The notes: a model not told the origin generated them from the sequence alone. A stretch of 64,000 nt of DNA from Polyangiales bacterium (GCA_044229975.1 JBGARZ010000004.1:288001-352000), one strand, 5' to 3'; shown: positions 42,109-53,770, numbered from the stretch's first letter. A program made the numbers and translations.

Positions 42109-42987
42109 ATGACGGCAAAGAGCAAGATCGTTCGCTGCGGGCTGATTCAGTGCAGCAACCCCATCAATGACGAGAGCCGCCCGGTGGCGGAGATCCAGAA
42201 GGCGATGTACGAGAAGCACATCCCCTTCATCGAAGACGCGGGCAAGCGGGGCGTGCAGATTCTCTGTCTGCAGGAGATCTTCAACGGGCCGTACTTCTGC
42301 CCGAGCCAGGATCCGCGGTGGTATGCGGCCACGGAGTCGGTGCCGGGGCCGACCACCGATGCGCTCGCGGAGTACGCGAAGAAGTATCAGATGGTCATCA
42401 TCGTCCCCGTGTACGAGAAGGAGATGGCGGGGGTGTTCTACAACACCGCGGCGGTCATCGACGCGGATGGGACGTACCTCGGCAAGTACCGCAAGCAGCA
42501 CATCCCGCAGGTGCGGCCGGGCTTCTACGAGAAGTTCTTCTTCAAGCCGGGCAACGGGGGTTATCCCGTGTTCGAGACCCGCTACGCCAAGATCGGGGTC
42601 TATATCTGTTATGACCGGCACTTCCCCGAGGGGGCGCGGTGCCTTGGGCTCAACGGCGCCGAGATCGTGTTCAACCCGTCGGCCACGGTGGCGGGGTTGT
42701 CCCAATACCTCTGGAAGATCGAGCAGCCCGCGCACGCGGTGGCCAACGGGTACTTCGTCGGCGCCATCAACCGCGTCGGCACCGAAGCGCCCTGGAACAT
42801 CGGGAAGTTCTACGGTTCGAGCTACTTCGTGAACCCGCGCGGCGAGACCATGGTGCAGGCGTCCGAGGACAACGACGAGCTGGTGGTGGCCGACCTCGAC
42901 CTCAACCTCATCGACGAGGTGCGGTCGACGTGGCAGTTCTTCCGCGACCGCCGGCCCGACGCCTACGACGAGATCGTGGAGTCGTAG
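42109..42987 (+). CDS. Beta-ureidopropionase (nitrilase superfamily)
   Basis: LQEIF, KYRKQHIP, ICYDRHFPE give the E-K-C triad; operon context. Confidence 0.9.
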   Translation: MTAKSKIVRCGLIQCSNPINDESRPVAEIQKAMYEKHIPFIEDAGKRGVQILCLQEIFNGPYFCPSQDPRWYAATESVPGPTTDALAEYAKKYQMVIIVPVYEKEMAGVFYNTAAVIDADGTYLGKYRKQHIPQVRPGFYEKFFFKPGNGGYPVFETRYAKIGVYICYDRHFPEGARCLGLNGAEIVFNPSATVAGLSQYLWKIEQPAHAVANGYFVGAINRVGTEAPWNIGKFYGSSYFVNPRGETMVQASEDNDELVVADLDLNLIDEVRSTWQFFRDRRPDAYDEIVES

Positions 42988-43007
42988 AGAAGAGCTGTGT
43001 ATTCGCG

Positions 43008-43250
43008 TGCCGGGGTTCACCGTGCAGGCTCTGCGTCCACCGCGCTCGGTTCACCCCGGGCGATGGTAGGGGGTCACCCCATCGCTCCGCGATGGGGTTG
43101 CAACACTGGGGTCGCTTTGCAACCCATCGCTCTGCACACCAGTGCTCGTTCTCTCTGCAACCCCGTCGCGGAGCGATGGGGTGACCCCCTACCATTGCCC
43201 GGGGTGAACCGAGCGCGGTGGACGCAGAGCCTGCACGGTGAACTCCGGCA
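43008..43250. repeat. 95-bp near-perfect inverted repeat (43008-43102 and 43156-43250) inside the pyrimidine operon, REPIN-like
   Basis: Arms are reverse complements with about 3 mismatches. Confidence 0.93.
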
Positions 43251-43274
43251 CAACGGCCAGACGACATCGAATGA

Positions 43275-44803
<1,529 letters not shown>

Positions 44804-44898
44804 GCTCAATGCCGAGCACAGTGACCAGCCCGCCACGCGACAACGAATCAGACAATCATCCAACAACCAATAAACCGCATATCAACCAAGGATCTACC

Positions 44899-46389
44899 AT
44901 GGAGCTTCAATTCCCCGCGACGGGCTACGATTTCACCCCCTACGCGCCGGCCCTCAATTGGGTGGGCGGTTCATGGGCCGACGCCCAGCAGAAGCACGGC
45001 GAGCTCGAGATCATCAACCCCCGCCACGGCAAGGCGATGTCCCGCGTGGTGCTCTCCGGCGCCGCGGACGTCGACGCCGCGGTGCGCGCGGGCGAGGCCG
45101 CCTTCGCCACCTGGAAGGACTGGCCGCTGCGCGAGCGCGCCCACGTCTTCTACCGGCTGCGCGAGCTGATGGTGAAGAACATCGACGAGCTCGCGTGGCT
45201 CGTCTCGCACGAGAACGGCAAGATCTTCTCCGAGGCGCGCGCCGAGGTGGAGAAGGGCATCGAGTGCATCGAGTATGGCTGCTCGCTGCCCAACCTCGCC
45301 TCCGGCAACCAGCTCGAAGTGAGCCGCGGTGTCGCCTGTGAAGTGACCTATGAGCCGCTCGGGGTGGTGGCGGGCGTCACGCCGTTCAACTTCCCGTGCA
45401 TGGTGCCCTTCTGGATGCTCCCGCAGGCGATCGTGGGCGGCAATGCCTTCATCTTGAAGCCCAGCGAGCAGGTTCCGCTCTCGTCGATGCGCATCGCGGA
45501 GATGCTCAAGCTGTCGGGGCTGCCCGATGGTGTCTTCAACATCGTTCAGGGTGGTCGCGAGGTGGTGGAGGCGCTCTGCGACCATCCCCGTATCAAGGCA
45601 TTGGGCTTCGTCGGGTCAACGAAGGTGGCGAAGCTCGTCTACGGGCGGGCGTGCTCGACCGGCAAGCGCGCGCTCTGCCTCGGCGGCGCCAAGAACCATC
45701 TCATCGTCGTCCCCGATGCGGACATGGACCTTACGGCCGAGAACGTGATGGCGTCGTTTACGGGCTGCGCGGGTCAGCGCTGCATGGCGGCGAGCGTGCT
45801 GCTGGCGGTGGGCGAGGTCGACCACATCGTCGACGCGGTGGTGAAGCGCGCGGCGAAGATGAAGCTGGGCACCGAGATGGGCCCGGTGACGAGCCGCGAG
45901 GCGGCCGAGCGCATCACGCGCTACATCGACCAGGCCGAGAAGATGGGCGCCAGGGTGCTCATCGACGGCCGCGGCCAGCGCGCGACCGACGGCGGTTACT
46001 GGGTGGGCCCGACGGTGCTCGACGGCGTCACCATGGACATGCCCGCGTCGGCCGAGGAGATCTTCGGACCGGTGCTGTCGATCGTGCGCGTTCCGAATAT
46101 CGACAAGGCGCTGGAGATCGAGAACAACAACCCCTACGGCAACGCGGCGTCGGTCTACACGACCAGCGGCGACGTGGCGCGGCGCGTGATGGACAACGTC
46201 GAGGCCGGGATGTGCGGCGTGAACGTGGGCGTCCCCGTTCCCCGAGAGCCCTTCGGCTTCGGCGGGTGGAACGACTCGGCCTTCGGTCAGGGCAACCTGA
46301 CGGGCTGGGACGGGTATCGGTTCTGGACGCGCCAGCGCAAGATCACCAGCAAGTGGGCGCTCCAGAAGGACGCCACCTGGATGAGCTGA
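44899..46389 (+). CDS. mmsA: CoA-acylating (methyl)malonate-semialdehyde dehydrogenase
   Basis: TPFNFP, KPSE, FVGST, LGGAKNH, GCAGQRCMA, EEIFGPVL, GVNVGVPVP. Confidence 0.9.
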   Translation: MELQFPATGYDFTPYAPALNWVGGSWADAQQKHGELEIINPRHGKAMSRVVLSGAADVDAAVRAGEAAFATWKDWPLRERAHVFYRLRELMVKNIDELAWLVSHENGKIFSEARAEVEKGIECIEYGCSLPNLASGNQLEVSRGVACEVTYEPLGVVAGVTPFNFPCMVPFWMLPQAIVGGNAFILKPSEQVPLSSMRIAEMLKLSGLPDGVFNIVQGGREVVEALCDHPRIKALGFVGSTKVAKLVYGRACSTGKRALCLGGAKNHLIVVPDADMDLTAENVMASFTGCAGQRCMAASVLLAVGEVDHIVDAVVKRAAKMKLGTEMGPVTSREAAERITRYIDQAEKMGARVLIDGRGQRATDGGYWVGPTVLDGVTMDMPASAEEIFGPVLSIVRVPNIDKALEIENNNPYGNAASVYTTSGDVARRVMDNVEAGMCGVNVGVPVPREPFGFGGWNDSAFGQGNLTGWDGYRFWTRQRKITSKWALQKDATWMS

Positions 46390-46404
46390 AGGGTCATAGC
46401 AACC

Positions 46405-47724
46405 ATGGAATCAAAAGAGATGATCGAGGCGTGCCTGAAGCACAGCCTCTATTCGTGGTCGGCCAACGGGAAGGTCAACCCGCTGCCGGTGGCGCGCGCC
46501 GAGGGGTTGTACCTGTACACCCCTGAGGGCAAGGCCATCATGGACTTCAACAGCCAGCTCATGAGCGTCAACATCGGACACGGTCATCCCAAGGTGATCG
46601 AGGCGATGAAGAAGCAGATCGACACGCTGATCTTCTCGTACCCGGGGACGGCCACCGAGGTGCGCGCGCGGCTCTCGCTCAAGCTCGCCGAGATCGTCCC
46701 TGGTGATCTCAACATGTTCTTCTATGCGCTGGGCGGCGCCGAGGCCAACGAGAACGCCATCCGCGCGGCCCGGCAGTCCACCGGGCGCTTCAAGATCCTG
46801 AGCCGATATCGCAGCTACCACGGTGGTACCAACGCGATGCTCCAGCTCACGGGCGACCCGCGGCGCTGGGCCAACGAGCCGGGGATGCCCGGCGTGGTCC
46901 GCGTGATGGACCCGCACCCCTACACGTACCGCTTTGGCGACAACGAAGAGGAGGTCGTGGCCAACAACCTGACCTACCTCGAAGAGGTCATCATGTACGA
47001 GGGGCCGCAGACCATCGCCGCGATGGTCATCGAGACGGTCACCGGCAGCAACGGCATCCTGCCGCCGCCGAAGGGCTACCTCCAGGGGCTCCGCAAGCTG
47101 CTCGACAAGCATGGCATCCTGCTCATCTGCGATGAGGTCATGTGCGGCTGGGGGCGGACGGGCAAGCTCTTCGCCTTTGAGCATGGGGAGATCGTTCCCG
47201 ACATCGTGACGATGGCGAAGGGGCTGACGAGCAGCTACTTCCCGCTGGGCGTGATGGCGATGCGCGACAAGGTCGCCAACCACTTCAAGGACAACGTGTT
47301 CTGGGGGGGCTTAACGTACAACGCGCACCCGGTGGGGCTCGCGACGGCGCTCGCGGTCATCGAGGTGTTGGAGGAAGAGAAGCTCGTCGAAAACAGCGCC
47401 CGCATGGGCGAGGTGATGGGCGAACACATGCGGGCGCTCAAGGCGAAGCACCGCTCGGTGGGCGCCGTGCGCAACATCGGACTCTTCGGCATCGTCGAGG
47501 TGGTCAAGAACGCCAAGGGCGATCGCATCGCTCCCTACAACGGCGCGCACCCGGCGATGGCCGCGATGGCGAAGTTCATGCTCGATAACGGGTTGTTCAC
47601 GGTGTTTCGTTGGGACAACTTCATGTGCAACCCGCCGCTGTGCATCAATGAGGCGGAGCTGAAGAAGGCCTTCGACATCATCGATCGGGCGCTGGAGATC
47701 ACCGACGCCGTCTTCGAGGGGTAG
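46405..47724 (+). CDS. Class III aminotransferase (probable beta-alanine transaminase)
   Basis: GAEANENA, SYHG, LICDEVMCGWGRTG, DIVTMAKGLTS; operon context. Confidence 0.88.
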   Translation: MESKEMIEACLKHSLYSWSANGKVNPLPVARAEGLYLYTPEGKAIMDFNSQLMSVNIGHGHPKVIEAMKKQIDTLIFSYPGTATEVRARLSLKLAEIVPGDLNMFFYALGGAEANENAIRAARQSTGRFKILSRYRSYHGGTNAMLQLTGDPRRWANEPGMPGVVRVMDPHPYTYRFGDNEEEVVANNLTYLEEVIMYEGPQTIAAMVIETVTGSNGILPPPKGYLQGLRKLLDKHGILLICDEVMCGWGRTGKLFAFEHGEIVPDIVTMAKGLTSSYFPLGVMAMRDKVANHFKDNVFWGGLTYNAHPVGLATALAVIEVLEEEKLVENSARMGEVMGEHMRALKAKHRSVGAVRNIGLFGIVEVVKNAKGDRIAPYNGAHPAMAAMAKFMLDNGLFTVFRWDNFMCNPPLCINEAELKKAFDIIDRALEITDAVFEG

Positions 47725-47726
47725 TC

Positions 47727-48701
47727 GTGACGGGGGGGATCGCCACCGTTCCGCTCACCAACCGGCGCAACCTCGTGCTGTCGCGAGGGCTCATCGCCGT
47801 GATGGTCGTGCTGGTCGTGCTGCTCGTGGTGACGCTGCTCGCCAGGGACAGCGGGCTGTCGCCGCGGGAGGTGCTGCTCATCGTGGCGGCCGTGAGCACG
47901 CCGTTGGTGGCGGCGCTGGTGTGGTCGGTGGTCGCGCGCTGGGGCGACTGCATCGAGCTGATGGCCGACCGCGCGGTGCGGTGGAAGCACTGGCGGGCGG
48001 AGGAGTTCTACTGGCGGGACATCGCGACGACGTGGGCGCGGCTGGGCGGCGACGGCGGGGTCTTCGGTCTGGAGGCGTTCGGTCTTCGCGTGGAGATGAA
48101 CGACAAGCGGACGTTTGCCGTGGAGGGCGTGACCCAGGGGGAGGCCGCGCCGCTCATGCGGGCGATCAACGAGGAGATGCTGGGTCGCTGGTTCGGGGTG
48201 CTGCGACAGGGCGGGGAAGTGGTGTGCCCGGACGCGGTGCGGTTTCCGTGGTTGCGGGCGACGTGGATGGCGGTGGTTGCCGTGTCGGCGCTGGTGAGGT
48301 TGTTCACCAGCGGCGAGGGCGCGGTGGTGGCCGTGGTGCGCGGCGCGCTGGTGGTCGCGAGCGTCTGGTGGGGGTCGTGGCGCGCGGTGCGGACCTGGCA
48401 TCGGGCGCGGAAGATCGGTGGCGTGCGGTTATCGGCAGTGGGCATCCGGGCGGTGAAGGAGACCGCGGAGGAGGCGCTGGTTGCGGCGCCCTATCGGGAT
48501 GCGTCGGCGACGGCGGGGTGGATCCCGTGGTCGATGGTGGAGAGCGCGTCGGTGGACGGTTACGGCATGGAGATTCGCTGCCGCGATCGGGCAGAGCCGC
48601 TGGTGCTGTCGAGCGGGACGGCGAACCTCCTGGTGGTGTACGAGCTCCTGCGGGTGATGCTGAGGGGCGAAGTGCTGACGGGGCCGCCGCGGCGGGACTG
48701 A
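47727..48701 (+). CDS. Hypothetical membrane protein
   Basis: Four hydrophobic segments; starts 2 nt after the previous stop. Confidence 0.65.
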   Translation: MTGGIATVPLTNRRNLVLSRGLIAVMVVLVVLLVVTLLARDSGLSPREVLLIVAAVSTPLVAALVWSVVARWGDCIELMADRAVRWKHWRAEEFYWRDIATTWARLGGDGGVFGLEAFGLRVEMNDKRTFAVEGVTQGEAAPLMRAINEEMLGRWFGVLRQGGEVVCPDAVRFPWLRATWMAVVAVSALVRLFTSGEGAVVAVVRGALVVASVWWGSWRAVRTWHRARKIGGVRLSAVGIRAVKETAEEALVAAPYRDASATAGWIPWSMVESASVDGYGMEIRCRDRAEPLVLSSGTANLLVVYELLRVMLRGEVLTGPPRRD

Positions 48702-48702
48702 G

Positions 48703-49467
48703 CTACGGGCAGGTCGACGGGTTGACGATGTGCCGCGAGGGGTCGGTACCGACGGCGGGCCGACCCGACTGGTCGTGCGCGACGACGACGTGGCAGACCT
48801 CGTCGGTCACGTTGCCAGCGCGGTCGGTGACGCGAACGCCGAGGGAGTACACGCGCCCGTCGCCGTTGCCCCGCCGCTCGGCGCGCACGGCCACGGCATC
48901 ACACCCCACAAACTGAACGTCCTCGGTGGTGTTGCCGTCGCCGGTGGTGTTGTCCGGTTCGTCGACCGAGGCCCAGGTGAACACCGCGCGCGGAGCCGCG
49001 TCGCAGGCGTCGCGCACCGTGACGCAGTCGGCCGGGTGGATGGTCTCCATGCGGTGGTTGGGTGGCCAGAGCGCGACCACGCGGGGCGTGACGACGGGAG
49101 CCACGCGGTCGACCACCACCACGGTCGCGGTGCACACGCTACGCGCGGGGTCGCTCGCCGCGTCGCGAACCACGACGGCGTTGGCGCCGAGCGCGAGGCC
49201 GTCGGGCGTCGCGGTGAGTCGCGCAGACGCGCACCAGCCGGGAGCTGATGCTTCGACGAACAACGGCGGGACGACCGCGCCGCATTCGAGGATCTGCTCG
49301 CCCTCGCAGAGGAGCGCGCCCGTCGGCGGCGGCGGCGCGCCGGGCTCGATGCAGGTGACCGTGATGGCCTGAGCGGTCGATGCGGGAGGCGCGGGGGCGT
49401 CGGCTCCGCAAGCGGCCAGCAGGCTGACGGCGAGGCACGGGATGAGGTGCTTGTGGAGTTGGATCAT
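48703..49467 (-). CDS. Lipoprotein with a C-terminal LWPPNH-type Ig-like domain
   Basis: LAAC lipobox; LWPPNHRM...DEP...GDG...RAERRGNGDGRVY...D.AGN. Confidence 0.78.
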   Translation of the reverse strand: MIQLHKHLIPCLAVSLLAACGADAPAPPASTAQAITVTCIEPGAPPPPTGALLCEGEQILECGAVVPPLFVEASAPGWCASARLTATPDGLALGANAVVVRDAASDPARSVCTATVVVVDRVAPVVTPRVVALWPPNHRMETIHPADCVTVRDACDAAPRAVFTWASVDEPDNTTGDGNTTEDVQFVGCDAVAVRAERRGNGDGRVYSLGVRVTDRAGNVTDEVCHVVVAHDQSGRPAVGTDPSRHIVNPSTCP

Positions 49468-49574
49468 GGGAGCGCGAAGTAGCATGAAGCGTGCGCGGCG
49501 AGCGGCGTGGTCGGGTGGGGTTGAGGTTGTAGTGGCGCGTCACGGGTGGGGCTCGTTGCCTCAGGTGACGCGGC

Positions 49575-50039
49575 TCACGACTCCAGCACCTCCAGCGTCG
49601 CGAGCAGCGCCTCGTGCAGCGCCTTCATCGCCTTCGCGCCGAGGCGCGCCTCGATCTCCCCTTCGATCTCGCGCAGCACCCCGAGGCCCTGGTGGATGCC
49701 CTGGATGCCCTTCGGCGTGAAGCGCACCAGCTTCGCCCGCGCGTCTGCCGGGTCGGTCACGCAGGTCACCACGCCCATGGACTCCATCTCCGCCACGAGC
49801 TGACCCACCGCCTGCTTGGTCACGCCCAGCTTCGCCGCCAGCGCCGTCAGCCGAACGCCCTCCACCGTGATGTGCGGCAGCAGCTTCGTGTGCGCCGGCC
49901 GCAGCGTGGGTTTCCCTCGCGCGGCCTTCGCCACCCGCGCCAGCGCCCGCTCGTCCAGCAGCCGCGCGCACTTGAAGAGCAACTGCCCCACGCTCGCCCG
50001 CTTCGCCGACTCCAGCACCTCACGCTCCGTCTTGTTCAT
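49575..50039 (-). CDS. MarR family regulator
   Basis: LAAKLGVTKQAVGQLV.EME..G, DPADARAKLV.FT.KG. Confidence 0.92.
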   Translation of the reverse strand: MNKTEREVLESAKRASVGQLLFKCARLLDERALARVAKAARGKPTLRPAHTKLLPHITVEGVRLTALAAKLGVTKQAVGQLVAEMESMGVVTCVTDPADARAKLVRFTPKGIQGIHQGLGVLREIEGEIEARLGAKAMKALHEALLATLEVLES

Positions 50040-50042
50040 ATG

Positions 50043-50106
50043 GTCAACCTTACTTGACGAACCACCCGGAGAGCACCTAGAGATTGGTCAATGTAACTTT
50101 ACCAAT
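50043..50106. promoter_or_regulatory. Two related palindromic operators (probable MarR sites)
   Basis: GTCAA-CCTTAC-TTGAC (50043-50058) and ATTGGTCAA-TGTAAC-TTTACCAAT (50083-50106) in the divergent intergenic region. Confidence 0.7.
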
Positions 50107-50119
50107 GGAGGACACCACC

Positions 50120-51061
50120 ATGACGACCACCGCGCTCGCTCCCTCATCGCCCGCCTGGCTCGACCGCCGCGCGTACCCCTTCGACCACCATTTCGCCGCG
50201 CTCGCTGACGGGAAGATGCACTACGTCGACGAGGGCGACGGGCCTGTGGTGGTGTTCGTTCATGGGACGCCGACTTGGTCGTTTGAGTACCGGCACCTCG
50301 TCGAGGGGCTGCGCGCCACGCACCGCTGCATCGCGCCCGATCACCTGGGCTTCGGCCTCTCCGATCGGCCCACGGGGGCGTCGTACACGCCCGAGGCGCA
50401 CGCGGCGCGGCTGCGGGAGTTCGTCCGGTCGCTCGGGCTCAAGCGCTTCACGCTGGTGGTGCACGACTTCGGCGGTCCCATCGGGCTGCCGCTCGCGCTG
50501 GACGACGAGTTCGAGATCGAGCGCGTGGTGGTGCTCAACAGCTGGATGTGGAGCTTCGCCGACGACCCCGCGATGACCCGCCTGGCGCGCTTCGCGGGGA
50601 GTGCGGTCGGGCGGTGGATGTACCGCTGGCTCAACGCGTCGCTACGGATGATCGCGCCGAGCGCGTGGGGTGATCGTCGCAAGCTGACGCCGGCGATCCA
50701 GGGGCAGTACCTGGCGCCCTTCGTCGACCGCGACGCGCGCGGGCGGGTGCTGTGGGCGCTGGCGAAGGCGTTGAGCGGGTCGGCCGCGCACTACGACGGG
50801 TTGTGGTCGAAGCGCGAGCGCTTGGCTGCGAAGGAGGTGCTGCTGGTGTGGGGGATGAAGGACCCGACCTTCGGCGCGGCGGCGCTCGACCGCTGGACGA
50901 AGGCGCTGCCGCGGGCGCGGGTGGTGCGCGCGGAGGCGGCCGGGCACTGGCCCCACGAGGAAGAACCGGGCGCGGTGCTGGAGGCGCTACGGCGCTTCGT
51001 CGGCGCGCGCGAGTCTACGGAGGGGGATCGTTGGCCCCGAAGTCCCGCACCACCACGTTGA
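50120..51061 (+). CDS. Alpha/beta hydrolase (haloalkane dehalogenase/OleB-like fold)
   Basis: GGAGG SD; HGTPTWS, APDHLGFG, VHDFGG, GHWPHEE. Confidence 0.88.
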   Translation: MTTTALAPSSPAWLDRRAYPFDHHFAALADGKMHYVDEGDGPVVVFVHGTPTWSFEYRHLVEGLRATHRCIAPDHLGFGLSDRPTGASYTPEAHAARLREFVRSLGLKRFTLVVHDFGGPIGLPLALDDEFEIERVVVLNSWMWSFADDPAMTRLARFAGSAVGRWMYRWLNASLRMIAPSAWGDRRKLTPAIQGQYLAPFVDRDARGRVLWALAKALSGSAAHYDGLWSKRERLAAKEVLLVWGMKDPTFGAAALDRWTKALPRARVVRAEAAGHWPHEEEPGAVLEALRRFVGARESTEGDRWPRSPAPPR

Positions 51062-51734
51062 GCTCGACCTCGACGGGGCTCTGGCTCCGGTGTTCGGGGC
51101 CGAGCGTGCCGCGCACCGTGAGCCGACAGTGCCAGCGCGTCCCCTTCGCGCCCTCGGCGCCGCGCGAGTCGACGGTCACGCTGAGGATGGCGCAGCGGGT
51201 GTCCCGGGCGATGCGTCGCGACACCGCCTGGAGCGCGTCTTCGCCGGGGAGGATGCGCGCCCTGCCGCCGGACAGCCCCTTGGTGATCGGGTGCCGCTCG
51301 GCGAGGGTGAACGTCGCGACGCGCAGCCGTCGGGCGTTGCCCACCCCCGACGCGTGCGGCTGAATCGCCTGGGGCCTCGACCCGGTCGTGCGCGTGAGGA
51401 GGTCATCCAGCATGCCCATCCTCGGGGCCGATGACGTCGCGGCGGACGTCGTCGGGTCGTCACCCGCGACCGTCCGTCCGATCGCGCGGTGCGCGTCGAG
51501 GTAGCCGCGGACGGCGGCGGCGATGGCGACGTCCTGGTGGGCCTGCGGGAGCGAGCGCAGGATCGCGCCGAAGCGACGGACGAGGATGATCTCGGCGTCG
51601 CGGGCCGAGAGCACTTCGGGCACCGGGGAGGCGTTGTTGAGGTCGTAGGCGGCGCGACCGCGCGACACCCAGGCGGCCTCGTCGATCGGATCTGCGCTCG
51701 GCGCGGGGGATGGCCGCGAAGGGCGATCGGTCAT
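51015..51734 (-). CDS. Hypothetical protein
   Basis: ATG at 51734; plausible codon bias; no recognisable motif; overlaps the 3' end of the hydrolase. Confidence 0.5.
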   Translation of the reverse strand: MTDRPSRPSPAPSADPIDEAAWVSRGRAAYDLNNASPVPEVLSARDAEIILVRRFGAILRSLPQAHQDVAIAAAVRGYLDAHRAIGRTVAGDDPTTSAATSSAPRMGMLDDLLTRTTGSRPQAIQPHASGVGNARRLRVATFTLAERHPITKGLSGGRARILPGEDALQAVSRRIARDTRCAILSVTVDSRGAEGAKGTRWHCRLTVRGTLGPEHRSQSPVEVELNVVVRDFGANDPPP

Positions 51735-51868
51735 GGCGGGCGCGATTGCACGGCGCCGACCAGTGACGAAAACGCAGGATTCGTAGGGATTTTCGACGGC
51801 GGAGGCGCCCGGAGTTGTGAGCGTATCGGGCAGGGTTGTGCGCCGTTCGCACAGGCCCGAATGGGGAG

Positions 51869-52636
51869 CTACTGGAAGTTCTGCACGGCGGTGGTGGTGC
51901 TGCCGCTGATGAAGAAGCCGCACGCGACGCGGGTAAAGCGGGTGGAGGACATGTTGATGTAGTGGCCGTGCGGCGGCGGGCCGTAGAAGTCGCCGGGGCC
52001 CTCGTCCCACATCTGCTGGAGGCACCCGGAGATGGTCGACTCGACGCTGCCCCAGCCGAGCCAACCGGGGCACTCGTTTTGCCCGCCGCCGGAGGAGCAG
52101 ACGCCCATGCGGAAGCCGTTGTGGGCCGTCATGGTCTGCTGGTCGATCATGGCCTGGCGGTCGGCGCAGTCCTCACCGTCGGTCCAGCGCTGGAGCGGCG
52201 GAAGGCACTGGCACTCGCGGCGAAACTGGTTGATGCGGTTGACGCAGTCCTGGGCGGGATCACCCGTGGCAGGTGGGACTGAAGGGCGGCAACCGGCGAG
52301 CGGCGTGGCGAGCGGACCACCCGCGCACATGGCAGGCGTGACGACGTCGACGGCGGGTGTGCCAGCGTCGCGAGCGGCGATGCCGACGTCGCGAGCAGGA
52401 GTGCCAACGTCGCGAGCAGGAGTGCCAACGTCGCGAGCGGGAGTGCCGGCGTCGAGGCGAGGGACACCGATGTCGATGGGCGTCGCGGGGACATCGCGCG
52501 GGGCAGTGCCGACGTCGACCGCGTCGACGAGCGAGGGGGCGACGTCATCGGGCGTCGTGGTGGGGTCGCCGAGGAGGTTGCCCGTGCACCCCGCGAGGGC
52601 AGCGATCAGCAGCAGGGATCGCGGGCGGAGACGCAT
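51869..52636 (-). CDS. CAP/SCP-like domain lipoprotein with 21-bp coding repeats
   Basis: LAGC lipobox; DVGTPAR repeats; CVNRINQFR, MWDEGP...GHYINM...VACG. Confidence 0.82.
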   Translation of the reverse strand: MRLRPRSLLLIAALAGCTGNLLGDPTTTPDDVAPSLVDAVDVGTAPRDVPATPIDIGVPRLDAGTPARDVGTPARDVGTPARDVGIAARDAGTPAVDVVTPAMCAGGPLATPLAGCRPSVPPATGDPAQDCVNRINQFRRECQCLPPLQRWTDGEDCADRQAMIDQQTMTAHNGFRMGVCSSGGGQNECPGWLGWGSVESTISGCLQQMWDEGPGDFYGPPPHGHYINMSSTRFTRVACGFFISGSTTTAVQNFQ

Positions 52637-52668
52637 CAATCGTTGATGCTACCGCGAAGGCGCCGACG

Positions 52669-53184
52669 CTACAGCACCCGCTGGGCGGAGACGGTGACCT
52701 CGTAGCGGCGGTGCGAGGTGAGGTCGTAGACACTGGTGACGAGGGCGGGTGTTCCGGGCGAGACGGCCACCACGCTCTCCGATCGGACGCGGTGAACGCT
52801 CACCGGACCAGCGCCCGCGGCGTCGGCGGTGGAGAGCTCGAAGCCGCCCGAGAGCAGCAGCGCGGTGCCTCGTTGCGCGAAGCTGAAGTGCAGGTTGAGC
52901 CCGACGTCCATGCGCGGCGCGGTAGCTCCATTGGGGCTGGGACCGAGCGGGATGTTGGTCCCGGTGGAGACGTGGCCGGTCTGGTTCTCCTGGAGGACGA
53001 GGGTGTACGTCGCGGGGTTGGCGCGTGGACCGTCTTCGACGCCAGTGACTGCGAAGTCGAAGCGGTACACGGGGCGCGCCGCGGACGAGGGCGGCGCGGG
53101 CGGGTCAGCGTGGACGGGCGCTGCGACGAGCAGGCAGGTGGCGGTGAGGAGCGCGACCGATCGAAGACGGAGAGAGAGGTTCAT
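52669..53184 (-). CDS. Secreted hypothetical protein (beta-rich)
   Basis: Signal peptide ending VHA; YRFDF...VSTGTNIP...MDVGLNL. Confidence 0.7.
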   Translation of the reverse strand: MNLSLRLRSVALLTATCLLVAAPVHADPPAPPSSAARPVYRFDFAVTGVEDGPRANPATYTLVLQENQTGHVSTGTNIPLGPSPNGATAPRMDVGLNLHFSFAQRGTALLLSGGFELSTADAAGAGPVSVHRVRSESVVAVSPGTPALVTSVYDLTSHRRYEVTVSAQRVL

Positions 53185-53374
53185 GGCCCGGCGCCTTGAG
53201 CAGCGAGCGTGCCGATCGGAGAACACCGCGATCGCACGAAGGGCCGACGACGCGAGCGTGACAATGTGTCGGAGGGCCGGTGCCGCGGTGGGATTTGTCG
53301 TCAGCGCGGCGGTGTCGAAGCACGCCGACGTGACGGCCCACACCCTCGGCGCGCATCATCCGTCGACAGCGCCC

Positions 53375-53635
53375 ATGAACTCCCGCCGACCGACCCCCGC
53401 CCTCCGCTCTTCGGCGCTGCCCGCGCTGGCCGCTGTCCTCGCCGCAGGCGTCGCGGTCGAGGGATGCCTGCCCGACGCGCACGCGCAGACGCCGCCTTCG
53501 CAGGACGCGGGTGTCCGTTCCGATGTGCCGCGTTCGCCTACGCGGGGGGTGAGGGTTCCGGTGAGGCCGACCCCGCCGCCGGACCCGCCCATGCAGATCG
53601 AAGGGGGTGTCAGCCGCAGCAGCGCCTCCCGGTAG
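53375..53635 (+). CDS. Small secreted Pro-rich hypothetical protein
   Basis: Signal-like N-terminus ending VEGC/AHA; low-complexity tail. Confidence 0.45.
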   Translation: MNSRRPTPALRSSALPALAAVLAAGVAVEGCLPDAHAQTPPSQDAGVRSDVPRSPTRGVRVPVRPTPPPDPPMQIEGGVSRSSASR

Positions 53636-53664
53636 GGGGCGGCTGGTGCTGGCCCGCGACCCCG

Positions 53665-53770
53665 GGGCCCACGCCGCGGCGTCAGCGCGGCGCGCAACGG
53701 TCACGCATGCAGTCACCGTCGACAGCAGACGTCGCGGATGCGCGCCGCGCTGACGCGGCGGCGTGGGCCC
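53665..53770. repeat. 32-bp inverted repeat between convergent genes
   Basis: GGGCCCACGCCGCGGCGTCAGCGCGGCGCGCA ... TGCGCGCCGCGCTGACGCGGCGGCGTGGGCCC. Confidence 0.8.

Noticed and set aside
50120..51061. Haloalkane dehalogenase assignment
   Set aside because: The halide-binding Trp after the nucleophile is Phe (DFGG); only fold-level call kept
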